A stretch of DNA of 63,694 nucleotides, counting the filler, from Globobulimina sp. (taxonomy: Eukaryota): assembly GCA_003354225.1 (NCBI GenBank). It is 38 parts of 38 records of this genome, joined end to end, with 100 filler letters (N's around TTAATTAATTAA, not from the genome) between each part and the next. Parts side by side here need not be neighbours in the genome. Positions count along the whole stretch, not along the records: positions 62,117 to 63,694 come from PIVH01014596.1; 37 more parts are not named here. One strand, written 5' to 3'. A program made the translations under genes and the position numbers. Below the pieces are notes generated by a model. It ran no database searches, was not told the DNA's origin, and saw only the letters and a list, made by a program, of their open reading frames with translations. This document shows positions 62,353 to 63,694 of this stretch, piece by piece; the stretch's first letter is position 1, and each line of letters begins with the position of its first letter.

Positions 62353-63694
62353 AAACAACGGAATGAATCCTTTCATTGCATACTGCGAAAACGACAGTTG
62401 TTCCGTTAGAAAATAAATATAAATCTTATAAATTTCATCTAGAACATCGTGCTCTTGTTTGTATTCTTTAAACTGATAATTTTTGCAAAATTTATTAATA
62501 TCAAAATATTTGACTGCAGTTCCAAAAAATAATAACGATTTGACAATATGTGCGGGCGGTGGTTTATTTTTGATTTGCGGCCAAATGATATCATTTTGTT
62601 TGGCATATAAAGCACCGTGGCAATAATCGAATATTCGATCGGTCATAAACTTGTAATCTTTGCTTAAATTATTAATCACAGAACATAAAGTTTGCATAAT
62701 TTGAAAATGAAATTGCGAGCTCATAACTTCTTGCGATAACTTTGTATTCCATAAATTATTCGCCATTTGTTTTTGTAACTGGACATAGGAAGTTTTTGTA
62801 ATGGTCGCTCTATCTACAAACGGTATGATAATAGTTAAAATCTGCGATAATTTTATAATGACATTCAATGATATTTGATACGTTTCGTCCTCTTTTTTTG
62901 GTGCCAGGCAAATATACGATTGTAAGGTCACGAAATGTTTGGACAAAAATAAGGGTCGGACGCGACAGAAAATATATAATGCATTGATTAATGGTAAGAT
63001 TTGCTTCCATTGTTTGACATTCTTAGATTTGAAATCGTATTTGGTTAACTTATCAATAATAACACAGGCCATATCTTCACATATCTCAAACACGCGCGTT
63101 TTATCATTATCTGATTTAGTTTGTGCACGAAGTGTTTTCTTCTCCTCTTTTTCCAATATTTTCACAATTAAATCAATTAAATACTCGCCAATGTCGTTAT
63201 TATCCTTGTTATTATTATTCGAATTGATGGAATCGATAATTTGTTCCACCAATATTTTAAATGCATTGCTAAATGCTTTATTCCCGCCGCGATGCTTCAA
63301 AGTCTTTACCCTATTTTGCAATATATTGGTGTCGCTAAACCACATTTCCTCAAAGGTGCTGGCCACCAATTTCTTGATAGTCTCATTCGTTTCACTCATT
63401 TTATTAAATAAACACAAACAAATCTCTTTATATTTTGGATTGGACGGTGCCGATAAACAAATATCGCGAAATATGCGTATCACACGTTTGCGTACACTGA
63501 TCCCGCAATCATTTATACGGTTTTTCAAATCATCAAAATAAACATCAATCAGAGCGTCGTCGTGAATCACATAATTACCCACTAAGTCCGTCGCCTTTTC
63601 CCGTACCGAAGTCGATATATCTTTAAATTTGGCAATGACCCGATCTTTGATATGTCGTTCCGACAAAATAGAAGCATCAATGTCGCAGATCTCC
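62353..63694 (-). CDS. NIPBL: Cohesin loader Scc2/NIPBL HEAT-repeat fragment
   Basis: DISTSVREKATDLVG..RINDCGISVRKRVIRIFRDIC..FEEMWF. Confidence 0.85.

Noticed and set aside
1-63694. Multi-gene system spanning neighbouring contigs (e.g. ART next to DUF3825)
   Set aside because: Contigs are ordered by length, so adjacency across spacers is meaningless

Overview
This is not a contiguous locus. It is 38 short contigs (1578-1580 bp, ordered by decreasing length) joined by 37 artificial 100-nt spacers (N-run, TTAATTAATTAA, N-run), so synteny only means something within a contig, and ORFs ending in X..LIN are truncated. Most contigs come from an AT-rich, gene-dense eukaryote with short (about 50-95 nt) GT-AG introns. 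A foraminiferan/rhizarian origin is inferred from family content, not proven. Minor components are Bacteroidota-like bacterial DNA, a giant-virus-like sugar-modification fragment, a probable metazoan (nematode-like) GW182/AIN-1 exon and a Polinton-type capsid gene. Foldback inversions and cross-kingdom chimeras point to whole-genome-amplified (MDA) material. Recognisable genes: DnaJA, TMEM144, EndoV, Rnl2 ligase, TyrRS, NIPBL/Scc2, CHD7-like, SAPS, GH31, three aminotransferases, a cNMP-domain K+ channel and 7TM-RGS, plus DIRS, Penelope, Gypsy and MITE elements. Best leads: (1) four unlinked members of an expanded toxin-like ADP-ribosyltransferase family (YHG/YCG-STS-ExE); (2) an intron-containing eukaryotic DUF3825-like gene; (3) tightly linked Endonuclease V and Rnl2 RNA ligase genes; (4) a tRNA-like gene nested in the anticodon-loop insert of another tRNA-like gene; (5) a cryptic MADS/SRF-like domain that only appears after splicing. 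All family calls were made by eye from motifs, and no database searches were run.
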